Assembly: GCA_040285825.1 (NCBI GenBank)
Contig: JAUPSS010000005.1
Coordinates: 1,054,001 to 1,118,000 of the forward strand
Reading direction: 5' to 3'
DNA: 64,000 bases
From: Eukaryota sp. TZLM1-RC
Taxonomy: Eukaryota > Protista > Metamonada: BaSk clade
Made by a program: the position numbers and the translations under genes. Every line of letters begins with the position of its first letter. Position 1 is the first letter of the stretch. Shown one piece after another: positions 24,431 to 36,219 of the stretch. The notes beneath the pieces are model-generated. The model did not search any database, was not told the origin of the DNA, and saw nothing but the letters and a program-made list of their open reading frames with translations.

Positions 24431-25132
24431 AGTTGGTATTTAAGTTGATATCACTCTTTTATGTATAAATCTGTGTTCTTATATTCTTTACTTCCGATAT
24501 CATATTCTGAAAGTATTATACTAATATTACATTGTCATGGTATTTTGTTAATTCAACAGAAATCTTGATTTATGAATGACATGACAAATGGAAATTGTCA
24601 GTCAAATGCTTGCTGATGATGAAAGGTGAGTTATTAAGACCATAGCTTGACTGTTAGATGTCGCGCAAGTTTCATGGTGGTATCACAGCCTTGCTTTGAA
24701 TGTCATTGATAACCAGTCCATCAACAGAATCCATAATGAGACAATCTCGAAATGCTGCTTTTTGACTATCAACGATATTATAGTGGATGGATTAGTGGAT
24801 GGATGTCTTTGATAGTTTTTTACAGAACAATCAAAAGATGACAAATTTTGATTGCCATTAAACCCCAAGTGCGGTACAATTACACTATTTGTGTACATCA
24901 ATTACCAACTGTTCATCCTGATCTTCATCCATAATTTGATAGAACAACCAACTTTAAATGAGAAGTGTACTAAATTTAGGAACAGATTTCATAAAGAAGT
25001 GTAATAGTTTACCGTTATGCAAGTTTTCAACTCATCAACTCACTATTTAATCAATTACATCTGAAATCATAAATTTATTCATCATTCAAAAATAACAAAC
25101 ATCAAAACAATAAAACACTCAATAACACAAAT

Positions 25133-27187
25133 CTATCTTTTCTTTTTCTTCATTTTTCCCTTTTGCCTTTTTGGCTTATTGTTACTTTGCACAACCTTAC
25201 CAGCAGAAACTTGCTTTGCTGGCAATGACACCTCACCAGCACCCAAAACTTCACCTCCTTGATGACCAAATCCCATGGCCTTTTCTTTTCCTTTTCCCCT
25301 TACTTTCTTTATACTTCTTTGCTTTAGTGAAAGCCATCTATTAGGATCTGGTTTACCAACTTCCTCTGGTGGTACAGAATCTGGCACCTTTGTTTTCTTT
25401 TTCTTTTTCTTTGACTTTTTCTTATTAATAGGTTGAGTTATTGCCGTGTCTACTGCAAGCGGAAGCTTATCTGAGGGCAAATGTTCAGCAATTGAAACTC
25501 CAACTTCTTCTTTAGGTAACAATTGTTTTAACATTTCAAACGAATCATTCATAGTATCAACATCAGCTACACTAGACATACTTTGTGCTTTCAAAACCAA
25601 ACCTTTAAGATATAAATTATCAATAGACTTTGATTGTTGACCAGACACGTATTTGTTCAATACAGCAACTGCTTCGTTGGCATAACGTTCTGATGACGTA
25701 ATCTCTCCCTTAGTCAATAAACGAGACGCTCTATTTACCAGATATTGGGCTTTGGCAAATAAAACGACATTATTTGATGGGATTTCATCAAAAATTGATT
25801 CCAATTGATCAAAATCTTCAAGAAAATCACCTAAATCAGAAAGAGCAATCAAACACTTAATCAAGACGTCATCATTCGTCATCAGTTGTCTATTTTGGAA
25901 TAAAGACTTTAAATGCTGAGCAGCTTCATTGTAGTAACCACGGGAAACTAAGAAATGGGCATAAACAAAACCAATATTTGCATTTTTCTCACAGAATTGC
26001 TCCAAAATTTCACAAACTTTTGAATATTTCTTTTCCAATTCAAAAGACCATGCTAATAAAGCTACAAAACGCTCAAAAAGATACGTCATATTTCGATTAT
26101 TTTGGTCTTCAGCTTCAATGGTTTTAATGCTCGATTCTATTAAATTTCTCGCTTCCTTATACTTTGCTAATTTCAGTAACAGTATAACGTGATTTGATTG
26201 CAATCCTAATGATTGATTAAGCAATAACCCATCAGTTTGATACTTTCTGGTCCATTTTGTTAATCTGAAGAAATCACTTCCCAAACCTTTACATACAACT
26301 CTATTTCCATTAGCCAAAGCAGATAAAGGACCTCCAAAGACTTCTTTTGACTTTTGACCGATCACGTCATCTTTTTGACCTTTCAAAGCTTGTAATGCCT
26401 GAGAAAAGCAGTCTTCTGCCGCATTTTTGTCGTCTATTAACAAGAATGATATACCTAACTCAATCCTGATCTGGCTAATCAACTTGTTTCCCACTTCTTG
26501 ATCAATTGCTTTCTGTAATGCTTCTTTTAGATGAATATTACCTATAATTAAAACAAATGTAAAATCAAACAATACCTGTAGAAGGTGTTCCTGTTGAACA
26601 CTCATAAACACCTAAATTAAACAGCAATTGCCACGTCATCACTTCTGAAGAGAGTTGGGGATGGTGGTTATGACGTAGCGATTCCGGTCGTGAACCAAGA
26701 AGAGAGTGAGTTGCATAAATGTTGGTAAGGATTTCAGGATCATCTGTAAAATCAGGAACTGAAGTGAGATGCTGAGAGGCCTTGTCGTAAAGGCGCTGAC
26801 GGTATAGCTATGGTGAAGGAACAGAGGAAAGGAGCATACGATTTGTGAGTAAAGGAAAGATATGCAGTCTTGGAGAGATTCGTCGTTGGACACCGAATCT
26901 GGTAGTGAATCGAGAACAGCTAGAGCCTGATCATTGGCGTTATTGCGATAAAGGCAGTATGCGTGTTCGATTGGGAGAGCTTGTTTGAGGACAGGATATG
27001 TAGAAAAGAGAGAAAGGGCATCGTTGATGTCACCCTCAAGAATATGAAAGACTGCTTTGACACAAAGTGCATCTACATCGGAAGGTGAGATGTTGAGGAT
27101 GTCATTACAATGTTGAAGTATGGAGTCAAAATCCTCCTCATTGATGGCAGATTGTAGGGCTGTGAAGTGGGAAGCTAATGATATCAT
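25133..27187 (-). CDS. SRP72: Signal recognition particle subunit SRP72 (~662 aa); introns 26808-26839 and 26542-26575
   Basis: TPR N-terminus (EHAYCLYR; YSQILYRQRLYDKA after splicing); C-terminal Lys-rich KKKKK...PDPNRWLSLKQRS...GHQG RNA-binding motif; two GT-AG introns (32 and 34 nt) give one continuous frame. Confidence 0.92.
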
Positions 27188-27259
27188 GATAAAGCCAATC
27201 TCTTTGTAAAAAAAGTGAAGTTTCTAGTGGCGTTTTTTTTAATTTATTATATTCAAAAC

Positions 27260-27510
27260 CTATAAATCAACATCTAAATAATCCATCTTTCCCAAAACAA
27301 AAACACTAGATGCAATTCTTTCATAGTGAAATCCAAGAAAAAGCAAAGCATCGGAAACCATCTTCAACATCCCCTTAAAAATAGAAAACACGATTCTATT
27401 TTGCCAAAACAATCTGTAGAAATTTCTGTTAGTTCTTCTCTTTACAATCATTTCAAATTCTGCCAAAAAAAATGGCAATTTCATTCAAAACATTCAACGG
27501 ACCAATAATT
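27260..27510 (-). mobile_element. 3' fragment of CRE-like retrotransposon, ~70 bp upstream of SRP72
   Basis: FWQNRIVFSIFKGMLKMVSDAL matches the RLE tail. Confidence 0.65.
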
Positions 27511-28017
27511 GAGATATCATCCATGTATCCTACTATTTTCAATATAGGATAACGTTATTGAAATGAATCAAAAACATTTTTGAATTGCTACACAAAACAG
27601 TACTGGCCCAAGAAAATCACCCTGCTTAACTCCAGAAGACGAAAATATAGTATACAAAAAAAATTACCTCAAAGGCTACTAGAAAACCCAAAATAAAGCA
27701 TAAAATAGTCATTCACCTAGCATTGATTTAACTTCTGCACCGCTTGAAACAGAACAAAATGTAACATTCAAGGAGTTCATTAAAATTTTACCATCAAATC
27801 TATCTACAAAACAGAAGCGACGTTATATTGATCTTGATATAACTCAAAGGGCTCTACAGTCAGTTGAGGAATTATTGCTGCAAAATACAATTGATGGAAT
27901 AATTTCAAATACCTCAGCTGTACCTGGAATTGATGTAAAGATCCCAACAAATAAGGTTCAGCCAAAAAGGCCCAAGGCCAGGGAAAAAACAAAATGGCAA
28001 AATAATAATGAAAACTC

Positions 28018-28800
28018 ATGATAAAAATAAACAATATTGCTGAACTGAAAGATGCTAAATCTCCAAGATCAGTTCTTGCCATTGATATTGCAACAAAATC
28101 ACCAAACAAAATTTCAGCTAACAAAATAGATGAAAAGATGAACGAGATGAGGAGCAAAGAGGCTGATGACCTGAAAAAATTGAGTGATGATGAACAATTA
28201 CAATTGGTGAACAACCAAGAAGTTTTCATAATATTTGGTGTCCTTGGGCTATGTGAAAAAGATGAATTTTATATTCAAGGTTGTTTTATTGCTTCATGTG
28301 CAAAAATACCTCAAGGGTTGTGGAGATTTCCTGTTCAATGTAAAAATATTAACTTTTTTGATACAGAGAAAGAATTGTTATTTTTTATTGTTCAATTTGT
28401 AACTTAACACAAACATGATGTTTTGACGGGTTTTGATATTATAAAATTTGATATTTCAATATTATGCAACATGTTGGAAATGAATGAAAATTCTTTCCCA
28501 GAATTAATGGAATCAGAAGATATTCAGTCGTTTTCATCCGTTTTTGGCAGAAAATTCCCTTTCAATTTCAATGGTTCAACTATCTGTGATTCATTTTTGT
28601 ATGCAAAAAAATTCATTACATCAAAGTTGAATAAATCCTTGAATTCTCGTACTTGGTTCTTTTTGAATGAGTCTAAAGGGTATCTTGATGAGACATTTCA
28701 AAACCTTTAACCAATTCATTGTTTTAGAAGTAAACCCCAATATTCAATCAATTATTGTTTCAAAGATAGTGTGCTTAGTTTAAAATTGTATCTACTGTTT
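28018..28800 (+). pseudogene. Family-B DNA polymerase-type 3'-5' exonuclease domain (no polymerase domain)
   Basis: ExoI-like VLAIDIAT (~28072), FDTEKELL, ExoII LTGFDIIKFD (28423), ICDSFLYAKK, ExoIII YCFKDSVL (28753); in-frame stops only. Confidence 0.75.
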
Positions 28801-28812
28801 TAATCAAACAAG

Positions 28813-30680
28813 GTGGTTCAACCAACTTTTGTTACTCACAAAACCCCCTTGAAATCTATTGTCAAGCATAGAAGATTGCAACTTTGGTGAAATAATTATG
28901 CTCAATTGGTTCACAGATTGAGAATAAACACGTCAAATTGTTTCATAAAATTTCTTCTACATTTGACTGAAAATGGTCAAGATGTTTCTGTTATAACTCG
29001 AAAAGAAGTAGAACACATTCAAATGTTCATTAGTAGAATATTTGCCACTAAACACAATATTAAACTGACTGAAGGAAGACTTGCTTAAATTAATGAGGAC
29101 TTGAAAAATTTTGTTGAAAATTATTATAAGCTGTTAATGGAAAATAATGGTGGTATTCCTCTTTTTCTTATTAATCATTGTACTAGATTGAGGACTTTTA
29201 TCGCAGAGATTATCACAACGAATTTGGATAACAAATTTCAACGAATTTCAACGAATTTCATTATACAAATGAGGTATGCTCAATATATCGAAATTTCTTC
29301 TATCTTTTGAGAAAATGGAAGTTGAAGAGATGACCCAAAGAGAAAAACCTGTCTTTTGTTGAAAGTGAAGAATATATTTCTTCAAACTAATAGTAACAAT
29401 TTTCCAACTACTGATGATCAATTTGATAATTCATTAAACTTTCTGATGATGAAATCTTGAAGGAAGACAATGAAAACTGTTTTAATCATTCCAAAATTTG
29501 TTAGTTAGGCAAAGATGAGAATTGGGTGAATTCAGTTTTTCCTGTATCTATTGTAGTAAAAAATTCGAAAAATGAAGAGCAGGCTATTGAAGTTAAATCA
29601 CTACTTTCCTCTATGCAAAAGCATCCCCAATCTTTTATCAGATCAGAAGACACAAAGGGAAAAACATTTAATGCCACACCTGTTGTTCGAAAAAAATACC
29701 TGGATTTTTTGTAGTTAAAAGTCAAGGACTATGGGGTATTTTACGTTCTTTTTTTACAAATGATGAAATTAATGACAAAAAAATAATTCGAAGTGGAATT
29801 CAATAGCTGACATTAAACATATGAGTCCACAAGAACAAAATTTATTTTGGTCATATTTTTTTGAATACCATAAAAACTGACGGTTTTGCAGCCTGTATTG
29901 AGCCAGCAAGAGAGGATGGTAATGGCTTGTCCTTCAGGCTTGATAGTGCAAAGTTTGTAACCACTGAGAACTATTTGGATGATTTGGACATTGAATTTCT
30001 ATCATCAAAACACAAAGTACAAATTGACCCTGGTAAAAGTGATGTTATGTATTGTTGTAATCAAAAAAGATTCAAACTTGATGCAAAAGACGAACTCGAA
30101 AGAGAAAAACAATATGAAAGGCTGAAATTAACAAAATTGGAGTGGTTAAGGGTATCGCCAGTTGACCACAATTCAGAAACTTAAAAAACAAAGACATTTT
30201 ACACATTGGAATCACAGTGGAAGAAACAGAAAAAAATTTTTCCATTTATAATATTTTCAATTTTTATGTTCCTCCGAGCTAAAAAACATGACATTCACAT
30301 TTGATTACTACTGTTTAATGATATTACGCATTCAAAAAATGCAAAGCTATGTGTATTATCAGAAGACAAAAGCTAAGTTATTAAAGAGAATGGCTGAAAG
30401 GCAATGGAAGCAAGAAGGCACTATCCTAATGTTTGGTGATAAAGGCAAATAGACAAAGAATTTAAAGCATCATCGATCAAGTACAGGAGTTTGATGGAGA
30501 AATTTGTTAAAGAGAAATGGTTACACAGTATGTTTAGTTGATGAGAGAAACGCATTTTGAGAATGTCCAACTTATTATAACCCAGTAAATGTATTTCATG
30601 ATGTTGAGAATCCTAGGCCATGGATGAGAGAGAAGTGCCCTACTGTCAAATGTCATGCTTTGTTAAGATGTCGATCTGAA
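28813..30680 (+). pseudogene. Fanzor (Fanzor1-like, TnpB-derived RNA-guided RuvC nuclease) relic, 3'-truncated
   Basis: N-terminal THKTPLKSIVK; IKTDG; RuvC-I IDPG (30023); LMFGD; GV.WRN..KRNGY; RuvC-II LVDE (30534); Zn-finger CP...NPRPW...KCHALLRC. Many stops and frameshifts; RuvC-III is missing. Confidence 0.8.
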
Positions 30681-30699
30681 GTCAAAAATTACTCAGATG

Positions 30700-32200
30700 T
30701 GTTTTACTTTCAAACTCTCCAGTTTCAACAATAGTTGATGGTATTGAAATTCAAACCAAATTCAATTCAATTGATGCTATTCATGAGTTGGGCTCGTTTT
30801 AAGGAAATAGTAATGAAGTTAACAAAGAATTGTCCATTAGTAGGAAATAATTTTTGAAAAAAATTGACCAAATGATGAAATCGGATACACAAAAACATAT
30901 CAAATCAAAAATTGTAAGACTTTGTCTCGATTCCAATTTTAAACATATATTTCGATCTACAAATCGTCTTATCACTAGGCCTTTGGCTTAGAAGTTCAAT
31001 GAATTACGTGCAAAAGTTTTGTCTCAATTACAAGGATGCAAAATATCCCAAATTCCTAATTATGCTTTTCTTAGTCCACATTATGGTGGTTTAGGTTGGA
31101 AAAATGCCTCAATTCTTGCTTCTTGTGCTTTTACCGGTGAATGCAGAAATGCAATATTTGAGTTTTCTGAAATTTTTGCAGATTGGGTTGATTTAAGACA
31201 ACGCAAAGTACAACTATTTGTGCTTTAAAAGAAAAAAATTCCAAAATCGATTCAGCAAAATGGAGTTGATGCGTTCCCCAATCATTCAATGGCAATATTC
31301 CTGAAAAGAATTATTTAAAATTAAAATCCACTTTTCGAACTTTACAGAAACGATTGACTGGAATGTATCAAAAATAATTTTTTCAAAAATGTCTGAAGCT
31401 TGGTTGTTTAAAATCAAGATCTCAACTCATTGTTATTGAAAAAAGGTGTTTGTGAAAACCAGTCATCAGATTCTTCACTGTTTGTGACCATTGTGCCACG
31501 AAGATTTGAACTGTGTGCTAATAATGAAGCATTTGTAACAAAAATAAGATTATATTTCAATATCCCCGTTAATCAATCATTATCAAAAGAAAAATGCTTT
31601 TGTTCGAATTCACCTCAACTCACTTTGCGCCATGCTCTGAATTGTTCTAAATTGATAACTTATCGTTCTTCATTACATGATTCTGTTAGAGACGCTGTTT
31701 TTAATGGCTCGAACTAAAAAAATCTCGTGTTTCAAAGAGCCCCTGCTGAAAGAAACACTATCATTGAATAATTTTGGTTCTGATGATAGAGGTGATGTAT
31801 ACTGTGATTGGATTAACAACTTTGAAGCTATTGTCGACTTAGTCTCCTGTAATGTTGCAAATTACACTTTGGTTTAAAGAAGAAAATTTAATCCTGTAAA
31901 AACATTGCAAGTATAACAAAGATATCGAAGAAGTTAATACTGGTAGAAATAGACTTCTTTTTTTTATTGTTTTTATTTTCAATCAACGGAAGACTATCAG
32001 TAAAAGCAGGAACTTTTTTGAATGATTTCCAAACAATGGTTCAAAAAAACAATGAAAAAGTTTGACACCTTTTTATGGCGCTTTCGAATTCAATTTGTCA
32101 TTACTAATTGATTGCCTTGGTTTTTTGGTCAAATTAGAGAACCCTTGGCTAGACAGTATGTAGAACAATATTTTTAAGAGGAAATTTTGATTCAATGAAT
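30700..32200 (+). mobile_element. Degraded CRE-like retrotransposon (RT C-terminus + RLE), second subfamily
   Basis: PHYGGLG, CFC...HALNC..HDSVRD, KEPLL, RGDVY, IVDLVSC; many stops. Confidence 0.75.
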
Positions 32201-33979
32201 TTTGTCCCATTGTTTATAAGTTTATTGTGTTAAGTTCGCAAGTTCAAAAAAAGCAATTACTTATATTTATTATTATAATTATAATATTTAATAAAAGCAA
32301 AGTTTAATAAAAACAAAATTGTTTTCAAAAGATGATCAATGAACTACTGTTATGCAAATGCGTTGTCATTTATGGGCTTGTCATTCGCCCAATTATTTTG
32401 ATTGTATACTATCCGTCGTTCTTCAACTGAATCCTATTGTTTAAGCACTGTTCCAAGTATGTCGGTGAAATCATTAATGTTTTCAAATGAGTTAATTCTG
32501 CTGATGTTAATCTGTGCGCATGGATAAACATAAACTAAAATAAAAGAGAGGTTTATCTTTTAAAAACCATTTTAAATACAAATGTAGAATTCAAAGCTAA
32601 AAGCTATACATGAACATGTGACATTTGGCTGAAGTGGAAGGTCACGTGTTAGCTAGGGCTAACACAAAAGAACAATAAACAAACCACTACAATGAAATAT
32701 TGTAAATTTATAGAGTTACCTGAGTTTTGAACAATACTATACTCCAGAAATTAATTTCACGTGAGCTGACATTGGTGATGAACTAAATCAGGATAAATGA
32801 TTGAATTATCATCGTCATGCTTTAGTCACAAATCTATGATCGAAAAAAATGTTTGTTTCCATCAAGACTCATCGAGGCTTGGAAACAACATGGACACAAC
32901 AATGAGCTGTTTGTAGAAACTTCACATTTTGAAATGGACAGTAATGAAGGTCACTGGAAAATAAGAAAAAAATATTTGATTTGAAGTTATTGTGATCAAT
33001 TGTTGTTGGATGTTTGACTTACAAAATCAGAGAACATAAAAGAGATTGGTCATCTATCTGAATGGAGAGACAACAGGTGAGTAACCCTTTTAATTATCAG
33101 CAAAAGAATTTGAATAGTTTTAAGTTTTCGGCTCAAAACTCCAGTTTTTGGAAAACCAGTAATTTCTCCAATGATATTGATAACTATGTGAGTAAAATTT
33201 AAATCAACATAAAAAATTGGAAATCAAATGTCTACTGTCAATCAACTTCCTCAATTAAGTGCTGTGTGAAGTAAGACACAATTGGATCAAAGTATTTGAC
33301 CAAAGCTGCATTCATTGGTAGAAAATTTTTGATTTTGATAGATATAGATTTCTAAAGAGTTCCTTGTAAACTCACTATCATTATTGTCCTCAATCATCAA
33401 GCAATTTAATCTACATACAGAATGATACGTTGAAATTGCTGTGAACCAGGACTAAAATTGTAAAAGTTGTTGGAATATCTCTTCATTCAATCACAATAAG
33501 AAACAGAACCACCAGTAGTCTAGATCTTGTGTTCATTTATATGATTCTGCACCGTTTGTCATTCAAGAAATGCTTCATGAGGAACATTAGAACTGCTTAT
33601 TTTGATTTTCTCTCTTATAATTGAAAAAGACCTGTCATTTTTGATTGATATTCCCGCTTTGTTATCTCTATTGCAACATCTCAATCCAGGTGTTCAAAAT
33701 CCAACATCACCTCAACCTGTTCAACGTGGATAAGTTGTACAATATCAATGTTTAAAAGAACAAATTAAAACATCCATGAAGAACATTAACGCATGTTTTC
33801 CTTGAGTAACCGATATATAAATCAGTGTTTCACAACTGCCGTTCATTGGAATTACAACTCATTGTACAAACGACGAGTGGAAACTTTAATCTGTTGTTCT
33901 TGAACTAAGTAAGTTACCGAATCCACATACACAACATGTTGTATGTGGCACAAAATAGATTAACACTGAATGATTTTAT

Positions 33980-34140
33980 TTCAAAGAACAAACTTTTGGG
34001 AATCACAAGTGATAATGGAAGAAACGTCATTACAGCTCTTCGTAAAATGAAGCCAATTTAGCAAACTCACGAACAATTTCTAGCAACAAAAAGATGATGT
34101 GCTCACGTGCTCAATTTTGTCGTCAGGGCTGCTGAGAGGG
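33980..34140 (+). pseudogene. hAT transposase catalytic fragment
   Basis: LGITSDNGRNVITAL and CAHVLNFVVR match the hAT TDNxxN and CxxHxLNL motifs. Confidence 0.7.
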
Positions 34141-34822
34141 AAAACGCTGAGAACACCTTGGGTTTGCATGTTCAGGAGGAGACCTCAGCAGATGATGTTT
34201 TTGCTTAATAGGAAGTCAATGATACGCTAGTTAATGATATTTTCTTTCCTGAATTCAATAATGACGAAGTGAATAAAGAAACAAATATTGTTTGTCACTA
34301 GGTTGGATATGTCAGCAGTTGCTCATCAGCACGGATGATTGTTTGTCTCATATCCAATAAAAGAAGGTAGCTAAGATTACTCAACATGTTACTACAAGAT
34401 GGAATTCCACTATTTAATGCTTAGTGGTTATCATGCAGTAAATTTCACTTAAGGTGCATTTCACTTCCAATTCCCCTCCTATTTCTACACTCTTCTTTTG
34501 AATGGACTATCCTTCAGACGCTTATTGTTCTGATGACTTTATGGAATCCAATCCTCATTTCGGTGAATCGCCGATAAAGCCACCAATAAATCAAGTACCT
34601 ACGTTACCATCACCCACGTTTTTTTAACTCAGTTGCCTGAAGTTAAGGAATCACTGACTGGTCTTGAGTACCGACTGCATAAAATAGCAAGAAATTCAAA
34701 GAACCTGCTGTCCCGCACGCGCTCTACTACACCACAACTCAAACAGGAGATGAAATCAGGGACTTACTCATCAATAACTGGAAAGACACAGCCGTGAAGA
34801 AAACTCTAGCCGTTCATCCTAC

Positions 34823-35415
34823 TTGGACGCCAGTTGTACTCCTGAAGCGAGTGAATGCAAAGAATTGGAAGCCCCTTCGGACACATCTTTGAACACTTGG
34901 CTTGAGGAGACAGATCTTTCTTCAATTCTTTACCTTTTCCAACTAAGGTATGACTGTGATGCAGGACAATATGATGCGTGGCTACAACAAAAAGAACATG
35001 TAGAACGTGTTGAAGTTGATGGAACCTCTCTCCAAGCATCCTTTAAGAACTCCCTCAAAGCAGATACCAAGTACTGGGATATCTGGGCAGCCGCCATCTC
35101 AAAAGGTGTTCCAGATTGGAACGAGACTCCTGCAACAATCGCTAAATACTTTGCTCACAAACGCCCTTTGAGCTGACAGCGACAAACTCCCTTTATCGAG
35201 ATCTAACTTCTTTTGTTTCCGTGCGTCTCGAAAAAATTGACCACCAATGTTCGAAATATCGCCGAACTTTCACGACCAGATTTTTTGCAGAGCAGGAAGA
35301 GTTTCTCCTGAACAATTTCGGCACAAACCGTGATCCAGTGGTAGTGACTTCACCAGTGAAACGCAAATTGTTACAAACCTCTAATGCCTTAGACATTTTT
35401 CATGCCAATATCTAA
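34823..35415 (+). pseudogene. Unknown passenger ORF (interrupted), convergent on the transposase
   Basis: ORFs 34823-35176 and 35221-35415 in a relatively GC-rich block; AATAAA follows the stop. Confidence 0.35.
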
Positions 35416-35446
35416 AAATCAATAAATAAACTATTTATTATATTGT

Positions 35447-36113
35447 CTATTGTATTAAGAAACATACAAATGACGTTCGATCAAATTGTCCTTCAATAAT
35501 CTGCGAGAGAACAACACCATGTTGATCAATGGCGACCGCACAAGTGATCTGTCTTTCATTAACAGTTGGCTTAAAAACAGCAACCGGAGAACCAACAGGG
35601 GATCGTCCATTCGCACGAAGAAAATGTTCCCCACGAAAGCTTATTTCGTCGATAAAGATAAGCTGTTCATGACGAACAACACCAATCGTTTGGTTCCATT
35701 TCCTACAAAAGTGTCTGATGAGATCACAGTTGGCGATCGTGATGACTTCGGTGCACTTCTTATGAGATATACCCGAGCTTACAAGTACTCTATGTATCGT
35801 GGAGAGAGAGAATAACTTTCGATAGGTCTGGTACATGTATATCCTAAGTTCCCTATTAAAAAGTTTAGGACTGTTGTCCACAAGACGGAGTTGTTCTAGA
35901 TGTCTTCAGGGGACAACTTTCGCTGTCGACCTTTTTTAACATTAGCAAGGGACCTGAAGAGAGACTGCTGTGCCCACCGAGATATAGAGGATTGACTTGT
36001 ACGATAGAATCGTGCCACATTAGCTTGGGTAGTGCTAATGGAGGATAGAGCATCTAGAGCACGCACTTTTGTATCTTCGGAAGCTGGAACCTTAAGTTGA
36101 AGTAAATTGACAT
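35447..36113 (-). pseudogene. IS630-like (Tc1/mariner superfamily) transposase, frameshifted and C-terminally truncated
   Basis: HTH1 ANVARFYRTSQSSISRW, HTH2 SLSTIHRVL..GISHKK, first catalytic IFIDE, GRSPVG; stops before the second Asp. Confidence 0.8.
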
Positions 36114-36219
36114 CAGAAAAAAATGATCGGTGTTAAACGGCATGGATTTTGAGAAGTGGGAATGGGGTTGGAAGGGGAATGGGAATGGCAATTCACCAAT
36201 TTTGCAAAATATTGTGAGT

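Larger units (their letters stand above)
34453..36197. mobile_element. IS630/Tc1-like DNA transposon with degenerate ~27-bp TIRs carrying two convergent ORFs
   Basis: Left end GGTGCATTTCACTTCCAATTCCCCTCC vs reverse complement of right end GGTGAATTGCCATTCCCATTCCCCTTC; no clear TSD. Confidence 0.5.

Noticed and set aside
28018-30680. Alternative genetic code (TAA/TAG = Gln) explaining the in-frame stops
   Set aside because: Cystatin and SRP72 end at TAG at the expected positions, long ORFs lack internal TAA/TAG, and the relics also contain TGA stops and frameshifts; this is decay.
23479-30680. Single contiguous endogenous giant virus or Polinton
   Set aside because: Intron-containing host genes lie between the relics, and no capsid, packaging ATPase or polymerase domain is seen.
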